This document shows positions 46,801 to 58,500 of a stretch of DNA of 64,000 nucleotides, in pieces. The notes beneath the pieces are model-generated. The model was given only the letters and a program-made list of their open reading frames with translations. It did not search any database and was not told the DNA's origin. The DNA comes from Macrostomum lignano (Eukaryota): the NCBI GenBank assembly GCA_002269645.1, contig NIVC01002594.1, positions 22,909 through 86,908 on the forward strand, in the 5' to 3' direction. How positions within the stretch are numbered: position 1 is the first letter of the stretch; each line of letters opens with the position of its first letter. Made by a program: the position numbers and the translations under genes.

Positions 46801-49800
46801 CTGGATGTGCAGGTGTGGAACGATGCCGCCTCGCAGATATTCTTCTCGCTGGGCCCCGGCTTTGGCGTCCTGCTGGCGCTGTCGAGCTACAACAAATTCA
46901 ACAACAACTGCTACGCGTGAGTGCTGGAGGGTCGCGAGCTCGGGATGTCTGAACGCGTCTGCTCCACGGGTTGTTTCACACCCATGAGGACCACCACCCC
47001 CCAAGGCACAGAGGGTGTACATACCTTACGATTAGAAAGTCAGGGCCGCTGTACACCCAGTGTGAGCGTGTCTGTGAGTGCGTGCCCGCGTACACAGCAT
47101 TGGCGGGAAAGTTGTGGGACGATGTTAGCTCGTATGATAGCCATCTATTCAATAGATTAAAGAGTACACGATGCTGACAATGTTCAATTTAAGCCGTCCT
47201 GAAAATTCAAGTTTCTTGACATAACTAACACCTTCGCAGTGACGCCATGATCACCAGCTCCATCAACTGCTGCACCTCCTTTCTGGCCGGTTTTGTTGTG
47301 TTCTCCGTGCTAGGCAACATGGCCTACAGGCTGGGCAAAGACATGGACACAGTTGCTTCTGAGGGTGAGAGCTTGCTTGTTGGGTAATAACCCTGCTCTA
47401 CTGGTTAACAATAGGACTCATCCACTCACCCTATCTACCCACTCATCCACCCAACCCTATCTACCCACACATCCACCCACCCTATCTACCCACTCATCCA
47501 CCCACCCTATCTACCCACTCATCAACCCACCCTATCTACCCACTCATCAACCCACCCTATCTACCCACACATCCACCCACCCTATCTACCCATTCATCCA
47601 CCCACCCTATCTACCCACTCATCAACCCACCCTATCTACCCACTCATCCACCCACCCTATCTACCCATTCATCCACCCACACTATCTACCCACACATCCA
47701 CCCACACTATCTACCCACTCATCCACCCACCCTATCTACCCACACATCCACCCACACTATCTACCCACTCATCCACCCACCCTATACACCCACTCATCCA
47801 CCCACCCTATCTACCCACTCGTATACCCACCCTATACACCCACTCATCCACCCACCCTGTCTACCCACTCGTATACCCACCCTATACACCCACTCATCCA
47901 CCCACTACATCTACGCCATCCCCAGGTCCCGGCCTGGTGTTCATGGCTTATCCTGAGGCCATCGGCACCCTGCGCGGCTCAGTGTTCTGGGCCATCCTCT
48001 TCTTCATCATGCTAATCACTCTCGGCCTGGACAGCACGGTTAGTACCTAAAAACAAAGGACTCGCTTATTTAGTTCATTTGTGCGTGTACACTGAACGAG
48101 CAATCAACTATAGATAATATAAAATACCCCAGTTACCCCAGTTATCCCAGTTACCCCAGTTACCCCAGTTATCCCAGATACCCCAGTTACCCCAGATATC
48201 CAGATACCCCAGATATCCAGATACCCCAGATATCCAGATACCCCAGATACCCCAGATACCCCAGATACCCCAGATACTCCAGTTACCCCAGTCACCCCAG
48301 ATACCCCAGATACCTCAGATACCCCAGTCACCCCAGATACCCCAGATACCCCAGATACTCCAGTTACCCCAGTCACCCCAGATACCCCAGATACCTCAGA
48401 TACCCCAGTCACCCCAGATACCCCAGTCACCCCAGATACCCCAGATACCCCAGATACTCCAGTTACCCCAGTCACCCCAGATACCCCAGATACCTCAGAT
48501 ACCCCAGTCACCCCAGATACCCCAGATACCCCAGATACTCCAGTTACCCCAGATACCCCAGATACCTCAGATACCTCAGTCACCCCAGATACCCCAGATA
48601 CCCCAGTCACCCCAGATACCCCAGATACCCCAGATACCTCAGATACCCCAGTCACCCCAGATACCCCAGATACCTCAGATACTCCAGTTACCCCAGATAC
48701 CCCAGATACCCCAGATACCTCAGATACCAAAGAAACCTCAACTTCGAAACAAAGCCAAAAGATTAACACAAAGGAACAAGCTTTTAAACCAGGGACAAAT
48801 TCTCCCATGATTCAAACAAAAACTACACAAATCCCCAATGTTTCTCCCACCGCAGTACGGCGGTCTTGAGGCCATCATCACGGGCATTCTGGACGAATTT
48901 CCCAAGCTGCAGCGCAGACGCGAGCTGTTCGTTCTCGGCCTGATTGTCTACTGCTTCATTGGCGGCCTGGCCACCACCACCTATGTTTGTACTGGGGATT
49001 AGTGTAGGATTAGCTTTACACCTTTTTGTGGCAGGTTGTTTCGCAGCCATTGTTCGTTCGATAATCTCGGCCACGAGATGCGTTAGATTAGATTAGATTC
49101 AGAATATGATGGATTAGATTAGATTACGAGTACATTCAGAATAAGATGGATTAGATTAGATTAGATTCAGAATACGATGGATTAGATAAGATTAGACTCA
49201 ACACATGACAGATTAGATTAGATTAGATTAGATTCAGAATATGATGGATTAGATTAGATTACATTCAGAATAAGATGGATTAGATTAGATTAGATTCAGA
49301 ATACGATGGATTAGATTAGATTAGACTCAACACTTGACGGATTAGATTTGATTAGATTCAGAATAAAATGGATTAGATTAGATTAGATTCAGAATATGAT
49401 GGATTAGATTAGATTAGATTCAGAATATGATGGATTAGATTAGATTAGATTCAGAATAAGATGGATTAGATTAGATTAGATTCAGAATATGATGGATTAG
49501 ATTAGATTAGACTCAACACATGACAGATTAGATTAGATTAGATTCAGAATACGATGGGTTAGATTAGATTAGATTCAAAATATGATGGATTAGATTAGAT
49601 TAGATTCAGAATATGATGGATTCGATTAGATTAGATTCAGACTATGATGGATTAAATTAGACTCAACACATGACAGATTAGATTAGATTAGATACAGAAT
49701 ATTGATGGATTAGATTAGATTACATTCAGAATATGAAGGATTAGATTAGACTCAACAGATGACAGATTAGATTAGATTAGACTCAGACTATGATGGATTA

Positions 49801-52749
49801 GATTAGATTACATTCAGAATATGATAGATTAGATTAGACTGAACACATGACAGATTACATTATATTGAGTATGCAATAGATTAGATCGAATTATTGCAAT
49901 CAACAATCCCGATTGTCCGAACCGCAATACAAAGGGCGGTTTCTACGTCCTGAACCTGCTGGACCAGCACGGAGCTCCAATCTCTCTGTTATTCATCGTC
50001 TGCGTTGAAGGCGTCGCCCTGTGCTGGTTTTACGGTCAGTTGCTGGGAAATTCGTACCTATGGCTATGCCTCTTCGGTTCCTTCCTCAATTATTTTTTAC
50101 TTCGCTAAATTTTCAATTCAGGTCACAAACGGTTCAGCGCGGATGTTAAAAAGATGCTTGGTTTTGCACCCGGCCCCTACTGGCAAATCTGCTGGACCTT
50201 CATCAGTCCCGTGTTTCTCATGGTGAGAACTGGTGCCTGCTTCTCAGTTCTTGTGCATTTCCTTTTTATTGTCTCTCCCTGTTCCTTTCCCTGTTCCTTT
50301 CCCTGTTCCTTTCCCTGTTCCTTTCCCTGTTCCTTTCCCTGTTCCTTTCCCTGTTCCTTTCCCTGTTCCTTTCCCTGTTCCTTTCCCTGTTCCTTTCCCT
50401 GTTCCTTTCCCTGTTCCTTTCTCTGTTCCTTTCCCTGTTACTTTCCCTGTTCCTTTCCCTGTTCCTTTCCCTGTTCCTTTCCCTGTTCCTTTCTCTGTTC
50501 CTTTCCCTGTTACTTTCCCTGTTCCTTTCCCTGTTCCTTTCCCTGTTCCTTTCCCTGTTCCTTTCCCTGTTACTTTCCCTGTTCCTTTCCCTGTTCCTTT
50601 CCCTGTTCCTTTCCCTGTTCCTTTCCCTGTTCCTTTCTCTGTTCCTTTCCCTGTTACTTTCCCTGTTCCTTTCCCTGTTCCTTTCCCTGTTCCTTTCCCT
50701 GTTACTTTCCCTGTTCCTTTCCCTGTTCCTTTCCCTGTTCCTTTCTCTGTTCCTTTCCCTGTTACTTTCCCTGTTACTTTCCCTGTTCCTTTCCCTGTTC
50801 CTTTCCCTGTTCCTTTCCCTGTTACTTTCCCTGTTCCTTTCCCTGTTCCTTTCCCTATTCCTTTCACTGTTCCTTTCCCTGTTCCTTTCCCTGTTCCTTT
50901 CCCTGTTACTTTCCCTGTTACTTTCCCTGTTACTTTCCCTGTTTCCTTCCCTGTCTCTTTCCCTGTTCCTTTCCCTGTTCCTTTCCCTGTTACTTTCCCT
51001 GTTCCTTTCCCTGTTCCTTTCCCTGTTCCTTTCCCTGTTCCTTTCCCTGTTCCTTTCCCTGTTCCTTTCCCTGTTCCTTTCCCTGTTCCTTTCCCTGTTC
51101 CTTTCCCTGTTACTTTCCCTGTTACTTTCCCTGTTACTTTCCCTGTTCCTTTCCCTGTTCCTTTCCCTGTTCCTTTCCCTGTTCCTTTCCCTGTTACTTT
51201 CCCTGTTCCTTTCCCTGTTACTTTCCCTGTTACTTTCCCTGTTTCCTTCCCTGTCTCTTTCCCTGTTCCTTTCCCTGTTCCTTTCCCTGTTACTTTCCCT
51301 GTTCCTTTCCCTGTTCCTTTCCCTGTTCCTTTCCCTGTTCCTTTCCCTGTTCCTTTCCCTGTTCCTTTCCCTGTTCCTTTCCCTGTTACTTTCCCTGTTA
51401 CTTTCCCTGTTACTTTCCCTGTTCCTTTCCCTGTTCCTTTCCCTGTTCCTTTCCCTGTTCCTTTCCCTGTTACTTTCCCTGTTACTTTCCCTGTTACTTT
51501 CCCTGTTACTTTCCCTGTTTCCTTCCCTGTCTCTTTCCCTGTTCCTTTCCCTGTTACTTTCCCTGTTACTTTCCCTGTTCCTTTCCCTGTTCCTTTCCCT
51601 GTTCCTTTCCGTGTTCCTTTCCCTGTTCCTTTCCCTGTTCCTTTCCCTGTTCCTTTCCCTGTTCCTTTCCCGTTCCTTCCTTTCGATGCGAATGCTTCAT
51701 CGCCCCGGAATTCCGCAGGCCATCTTCATCGCCAATCTGATCTTTTACGAGTCTCGACCGGTCATGGTGCTCGGGGAAGCGATTCCGTTTCCCAAGTGGG
51801 CCATCGGCATCGGCTGGATGATCACAATGTCTTCACTGGTCATGGTGCCCGTGTACTTTTTCTACAAGCTAGCCATCACGCCCGGCACCCTTAAGGAGGT
51901 GAGCGGGACTGCGGGAGAACTTTGTCACAACCATGCTCGATTGATTGCAGATCGATGACCGGGATTTTTAGCTTTAATACTGAATCAAGATTTGGGAGTA
52001 GGATAGGGATCTGAGAGTCTGGTTTTGAGATGGGATCGGGATTCGATACAAGAGTCTGAGACAAGATGGGGATTCGAGCCAGGAGTCTGAGATGGGATCG
52101 GGATTCGAGACAAGAGTCTGAGATGGGATCGGGATTCGAGACAAGAGTCTGAGATGGGATTGGGATTCTGACCAAGGATTCCGAACATAATTATTCAAGT
52201 TTGGGATTCTGGACAAGGAGCTGGGATCAAGATCCAGGATCGGGATTGGGATCGGTTTAGACTACTGATTTGGAATTTCGGATGGGGTTGTTGTTGCAAT
52301 CGGAGAGTTTGAAATACTGAGATGTTCAATTTAGGCTACTGAGGAAAGTAGAGGAATAAAGATTTGAATCGTAAAATCTTTCACATAGCCCGAAAAAATA
52401 TCGCCATAAAAGAAACGATTTGCACACACTGAGAGTGGGTTGGGAGAGTACAGCGTGCGGCTGTGGTCAACTGACGAAGGCAAACAAGCCAGAAACCGGT
52501 CTCTGTCTGACTGCACAAGATTCGACCCCCCCTTTAGTTTTATGCGTCACAGAAATAATTCTACCAGTTAGCTTTGATTTGTCCCAATGCTTTTTCTGTG
52601 TCAAATTTCTGCAGCGCTTCATGAAGATCAGCCAGCCGGAAGAGCTGCCGCCGCATGTCGAGGTGCTGCCGCTGGAGCTGCTGGGCAGCGGCGCCGGCAA
52701 GGCGGATGGAGTTGAGGACAATCAGCAGCAGGAGCCCACGGCCGTGTGA
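40802..52749 (+). CDS. SLC6A4: Sodium-dependent serotonin transporter (SLC6 monoamine subfamily), 13 coding exons, 643 aa
   Basis: Exons 40802-40915, 41026-41188, 41422-41556, 44054-44312, 45033-45171, 46678-46916, 47240-47364, 47926-48038, 48856-48984, 49935-50034, 50122-50222, 51719-51898 and 52615-52749. All introns are GT-AG, phases are consistent and the total is 1932 nt. TM1 [22 protein letters not shown] has the monoamine Asp and the DLGN of SERT. TM6 is [27 protein letters not shown] and TM8 is [10 protein letters not shown]. The true start may lie in a further upstream exon. Confidence 0.93.
41661..43460. repeat. Intronic minisatellite, 17-bp unit TGTAGCCTAGTGAGG(TT/GA), about 105 copies
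   Basis: Direct reading. Lies in SERT intron 3, and the last unit is the A-box of the adjacent SINE. Confidence 0.98.
43445..43720 (+). mobile_element. tRNA-derived SINE with CORE-like central domain
   Basis: A-box TAGCCTAGTGG (43452-43462), B-box GGTTCGATTCC (43496-43506) and a tRNA-like GGTTAGAGCGTCGGACTCACGA. These are followed by GACACTTAACTC...CTGTAAAATGGGTGCCAGC, which resembles the CORE-SINE motif. Confidence 0.85.
43720..43945 (-). mobile_element. Probable RTE-clade LINE 3' fragment with (AAT)n tail
   Basis: The minus strand translates as [22 protein letters not shown], resembling the RTE LLYGSETWTLT..E.KLD motif. It ends in CCCAATAATAATAATAAT. Confidence 0.5.
44335..44975. repeat. 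Intronic degenerate ACTGTCACTCC repeat with ~250-bp higher-order duplication
   Basis: Lies in SERT intron 4. The block starting at 44370 recurs at 44620. Confidence 0.9.
45985..46578. repeat. Intronic minisatellite, 22-bp unit GAGGGAGATTAAGGGAGAGACA
   Basis: Direct reading. Lies in SERT intron 5. Confidence 0.96.
47408..47912. repeat. Intronic minisatellite, ~25-bp unit CACCCACCCTATCTACCCACTCATC
   Basis: Direct reading. Lies in SERT intron 7. Confidence 0.95.
48125..48727. repeat. Intronic minisatellite, 9-bp unit CCCCAG(ATA/TTA/TCA)
   Basis: Direct reading. Lies in SERT intron 8. Confidence 0.96.
49083..49865. repeat. Intronic composite repeat, (ATTAG)n interleaved with ATTCAGAATATGATGG
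   Basis: Direct reading. Lies in SERT intron 9. Confidence 0.94.
50275..51675. repeat. Intronic minisatellite, 12-bp unit CCTGTT(C/A)CTTTC, about 115 copies
   Basis: Direct reading. Lies in SERT intron 11. Confidence 0.98.
52015..52260. repeat. Intronic minisatellite, ~31-bp unit GGGATCGGGATTCGAGACAAGAGTCTGAGAT
   Basis: Direct reading. Lies in SERT intron 12. Confidence 0.88.
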
Positions 52750-55522
52750 TGCTGCGCTGATTCATCGTCTTCTGATGGATCTCATTGTGAACTGCCTTCT
52801 GAGCGGTTGACTGTAGGATTGGCTTATTTAACTAGTTTGCAGACTCAACTGTACGTTGAACAGTTCAAGTATATAAATGTGCGATCAAGTATGGGGGAAA
52901 GTTAACAGATTTACCATTCATCAAATGACAGAAATGACAGCTAACTTTATCTACATGTATCTAGACTGGACTTTCATAAAAGAATCTATCGCTGCGATCT
53001 GAAATTGAAAGTTAAAAAGATTTCGTTTTCGGAATAGTCCCCCTTTCAGAATTTTAACAACCCAGGTGTAAAAAGCGTGGCTTCGTACTGTTTAGTAGCA
53101 TGCAGGCTTTTCCAAACCATACCGTATAAGGAAACAGCTAGTGTGTCAGGGTCAGGGCGTAATGTAACTTATTCTAATATAGACTGTTAAAAAGTTGGGG
53201 ATATAATGTTAGCTACTGTTAGTAGTTTTCTTACAACTTTAACTGCCACATTATCTCATTATGATTGGTATTTTTTACTAAATTTCATATATAAAGTACA
53301 GTAGTTTTCTTACCTGTTTAGCTTCTAGCAATGCCTAAAAAAATAATAGCGCAATAGTTCAGATTCTAGCATATTAATACCACCCTTTGCATGTACTGTA
53401 ACCGGTTTATAACATGTAAAGTGTTTATTGCACAAACTTTGTACAATGTGGCCTGCTTTTTTAAATAATGTGTCTATATTCTGATAGTACAGCATTTTTT
53501 ATGCTAGTATATAAAAAAACGAATGCTTGAACTTAAATATTTTTACCTGGAAGACCCGCAGTAGTATAACTTAGCCAATAGGCTTCTAGTTCTACCCTTT
53601 CTTATAGTAGAGACTGCCTCTGTTGAAGAGCTAGCTTATCGATACGCGGTTAATGTCATGATAATTGATAATATCATCATCGTTTTCTGAAACAAACAAA
53701 AACGGACAATTTTTATTCTTTGTTGTTACCTCTCTACACTAATTCTCATGGACTCGTCTACCAAAATAAGCTGATCATTTGTTATTGAACACTGATTACA
53801 TGCAATATTGAATAATATAGTCATTAAATAAGTATTTTTGTGATGCAGTTGCTACACGCGCACGAGCGCGTATTTATCCGAAAAATCATTTATTGTCTTT
53901 ATTCTCAAGTTAAGTAAATTCCACTTTTCGCTCTCAGCATTGAAACATAACATTTATTTAGCTACTGATGAAAGATTTTTATCCTATATTCTATTCTATA
54001 CAGCAGCTCTGCGATATTATCGAATTGGCTTACTTTTTTGTGGCGTCCTGCTTACGCGGAGCGTCAAAACTATCCAATGCTAATTAAATCAGCCCAGTAT
54101 TTTTGCGTATAACCAACAAGTTGCACGAACTCGTTATTCCATGTCTTTAATTACTTTTAAAAGCCCCACCATTTAAAACTTTGCACATTATTATGGCACC
54201 GTAATCTGTTTTTTAACACAATTCGTTATAAGCTAACCTTTACTACAGTAACTGACAGTGATTTAGGATTAGAAAAATGCTAAAACTTAGTTAATGCTAC
54301 TCTAAAGTATTTGATTTTAGTATGAATTAAATTGAAAATAAATTATTGAAGTGCGTGATGCTTCTCAGTTATTTACCTAATTATACTTGAAAGAAAATTT
54401 CGTTATTTTCTTAAAATAGTTTTAAAGCTGCAAAGAATCAACAGTATTTAAAGAAAAAAACTAACTTCTTCTTATACAAAAAAATAATTGTATCGTATGC
54501 ATAGATAAGAGCCTTCTTTTCATTTGTTATATTGTGATAAAGCGCTAATTGCAATTAGCGATTTATGATTTAATATGGTCGAATTTTAGAAATATTGCGA
54601 TTCGACTTAATTAATACAGACAGTGCCAATGATCGCAGTTAATACGTCAGCTTGATTTTATATACACGAAAAATGAAGGAGATAATATTCTAGTATCCGA
54701 GAAAATCATTTTTGTCTGCTGAAATTCCTGTGCCCATATTCGCAATGCTGCTTGTTTAAAAATCTGGATTTGATATGCCCTGGTAAGGAAATGTTTTCTT
54801 ATTTCCTATTATAAAATTTTACTTGAATATTCATTATGTATTAAGTGTCATTAGCAGCTTTCACTTTTGTAAATTATTTTTTGCATTAATAAATAAGGAC
54901 ATATATACATGTATTATTTTAATCTTATAAACTCTAAAATTAAAATAAATAGAATTAAAATTATGAGCTAATATCTGTTAATTTTCTAATCTCGTACTAT
55001 TTGTCATCTGCACAATATTAGGACTTTAGCAAGAACTAATTAAATCCATTAAAATTTTCATATGCCGCGCAAAGTGTATTTTCATGAGATAAACACTTTT
55101 TGCTTTACCCAATATCCACCTGAAACAAAATTAGCACGTACAATAAAGTAAGTTATATGACACCTTATTTTATTCTTGTATGGTTATGAATTGTAAATAT
55201 TTGTTATTAAATATATTAAACCAGCGTTTACAGTGTACTTCATTCAAGATTCTGAATCGGCTGTGATCCTAGCTATGCAGCATGTTAGCTTACCGAGCAG
55301 CTGCATCTTACCTATCCCTCAGCGGGAGTGGAAATCAATTTGCCTGATTGGTTTCCGACTGTTACAGCATTTGCAGACTGACTGCCTGAGCCTGAATGGT
55401 GCGATTAATTTACTGATTGTCGTCCCTTTCAGCGAGTGATTGGTTTGGGCAAAGGCAGCATAAATGAAGTGGCAAAGCTAATCAGTCTATTTTTAGTAAC
55501 ACTCGCATTTTCTTGTCAACAG

Positions 55523-58500
55523 CGACGGCCCGCCGGTGGTGAACCTGCCGAAGGAGGACGGTCAGGCCGAACTGGCAGCCGCTGGTCCGCCTAAAGCCGC
55601 CGCTGCCAGCGCGGCCGCGAAGGTGAATCACGGAGGAGGCGATCAATCGCAGCAGCCCGGTCGGATTTGGCGCGAAACCAAAGCTAAGAGCACGAGGCGG
55701 TGAGTTCATGCAATTTTGATGAGTAACAAAAGCGGGTTCATATTTTTCTATTTAAATCATTATACTTCGAGTAGCGCATGACTGCGCATCAGAGGAGACA
55801 GAATAGAGAGGAGAGAGAAGAGTGGAGAGACGAGAGACGATCGAGAGACGAGAGTGGAGAGAGGATAGATGAGAGAGGAGGATAGAGGAGAGAGGAGGAT
55901 AGAGGAGAGAGGAGGATAGAGGAGAGAGGAGGATAGAGGAGAGAGGAGGAGAGAGGAGAGAGGAGGATAGAGGAGAGAGGAGGATAGAGGAGAGAGGAGG
56001 ATAGAGGAGAGAGGAGGAGAGAGGAGAGAGGAGGATAGAGGAGAGAGGAGGAGAGATGAGAGAGGAGGATAGAGGAGAGAGGAGGATAGAGGAGAGAGGA
56101 GGAGAGAGGAGAGAGGAGGATAGAGGAGAGAGGAGGAGAGAGGAGAGAGGAGGATAGAGGAGAGAGGAGGAGAGAGGAGAGAGGAGGAGAGAGGAGAGAA
56201 GAGGATAGAGGAGAGAGAGGAGAGAGGAGAGAGGAGGAGAGGAGAGAGGAGGATAGAGGAAATTAGAAAGAAGAGATCTTCTAAGAAGACACTAGCCTTG
56301 AGCGGGCCGGATTGCTATTGTGAAGTTTCAGAGGACAGAGGGCCGGATAGAGAGGCTTCGCAGATCGGAGTTTGCTGACCCCTGCCAACCAGTACTAAAT
56401 GCACTGGCGATACGAAAAGTACACGTTCCTTTACGTGCCTCCAGCTCATTTCTAAGAAATTCAAGTGCAGTGTCTTTCTACGACTACTTCAGCTGTCCAT
56501 AGTTGGTAACCAGCCAGGGGCTTTATCGACACCTGCCGAAAACCGACCCACAGTCATGAGGAGGCAAGCATGTTATGTTAAAGTCATTCCACTGACCCTG
56601 AGCTTGCGCCCGCACACGGATACAGGTGCGTACGCATTCACACGCTCACAGAGTTTGTACATCCACCCTGACTTTCTCATGTATGTAAACAGGCGGTAAA
56701 AACTCTGTATGGCTTAGGTTTGATCCTAGTGAGCATAAATATCTCAACAGGACCCAGGTTAATTTCCGTGCACGAGCCGAAATTTGATTTGGCTCGCGCT
56801 AAATCTTTGGACCGAGAGTCGGACGCTTTGAACACTGAGCTGTTACTCTCGCCTATACACTGTTTGTTTCGATTACTTTTGTTTCCCTTGTCATTCTTCT
56901 CTCTGCCTAAAAACCAGTTTTTTGTTGCTGTTTAAGTCGCCGGGAAGTAAATAGCAACCGTTTTCTTTGGTGGCAGTTTTTTCGAGTTTCGAATGGGTAT
57001 TGATTGAGAACTCATCGATCTGTGGGGGGCGGCGGCCTCTGTGCCGCCATGACAACAGCCTGAACCCCGCCCTAGAGTTGATCTTCTTCTCTTCACGATT
57101 GCTGCTCGAATCGAACTGCTAATGCTTACCAAATTCCTGCATTCGATCCTGTTTTCTCGAGACTTCGCTTTGAAATCTGAAAGGGATAGTGTAGGATAGG
57201 CAAATGCTTCTGTCTTCTGCTGTTAACAGTAAATTTGCTCTCTCACTTGCTCTTTTGCCTCTTTTGCGCAGAGTCTGATTGGTGGAGACGAGCGAGGAAG
57301 CTTTGATTTAAATGGAGTTCATTGATAATTAAAAAATTGAATATGGGACGCCTCCCAAAGCGCGCACTGGATCACTTTCATAAACCTCGAAATTTCACAT
57401 CGTCGAAACTTCATAAGCTAAAGAAATTTCAAAAGTTTGGCAAGAGTTTTTGACAATATGTGAAATTTCGAGCTTGTGAAGTTTTCGCTCTAGCTAGACA
57501 AAGTAACTTTACCAAGACATTTCGATGATATGAAGTTTCAAGCTTGTGAAAACGACCCCTAAGAACTGGGCTGGGAACGCACTGGGGTGTTGCATAGTTT
57601 TGACAAGCTGATCAAGAAGCAAGTAATTCATTTTCATATTGTCTAATGAATATCTAATGAGTCCAAGACAAAGTTATAAATACTCACAAGTGAATTTTTG
57701 TTTTTTTGAATAAGTAAATCTGTAAAGAAGCTGCATGCAGGCACTCTTAAGCCATTATTGTAGGTATTTATTGTAATTAAGACCGTGGGTTGAGTTGCAG
57801 TGAAACAAACTTGAGGAGACCTCACTGGCTCACGCCAATTTATTTATTGCCAAAGTTGGGGTGGGTGTAACCACTCTAAGCACGCACACGCTGCAGCGCT
57901 AAACCCCAACCCCCAAACAAGCCAGACGCGCACATCAAAGTGCACGCGCACCAACAAGCCACCTAGAAGCAAAAGACCCGATTTCCCGAGTCAAGCAAAG
58001 CCCGCCATGTACAAGTCAGGTGGCCGCCACTCTCTCGCTGACCGCCGCAAAACAGTGACCGGCGCCTGCGGCCGGTCTCGTCCTGGATGCGGTAATTGAC
58101 CTCGCCCAGGCGCCTCAGAACTCGGTACGGCCCCTTCCACTTGGCGCTCAGGCACCGCGTCTGACCGCGCTTGACGACGTAGTTGCGAAGCATCACGAGC
58201 TGGCCCTCTTCGAACGGTACGAACCGTGAGTCCTGGTTGGTCAGCCGGTTGCGCTCGACCTGGGCGCTCCGCAGTCGGCCGTGCACCGTGTCGAAAGCGC
58301 TCTGCAGGTTCTCCTGAGTTCGCCGCAGGAAGCCGTGATGTCCACCGTCGGCTGCCAGCCGGTCGCCGCTTATCAGCCAGCTGTCGAGATCCAGCTTCGG
58401 TGGCCAGCCGTGGAGGACTGGTACGGACTGAGGCCGGTGGTGCTGTGCACGGAGGTGTTGTAGGCCCGAGGTCACATACGGCAGCTTGCTGTCCCAGTCC

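Noticed and set aside
50154-51894. 528-aa (CSFP)n and 553-aa (VPFP)n ORFs
   Set aside because: They are the 12-bp array in SERT intron 11. The flanking exons splice in frame around it.
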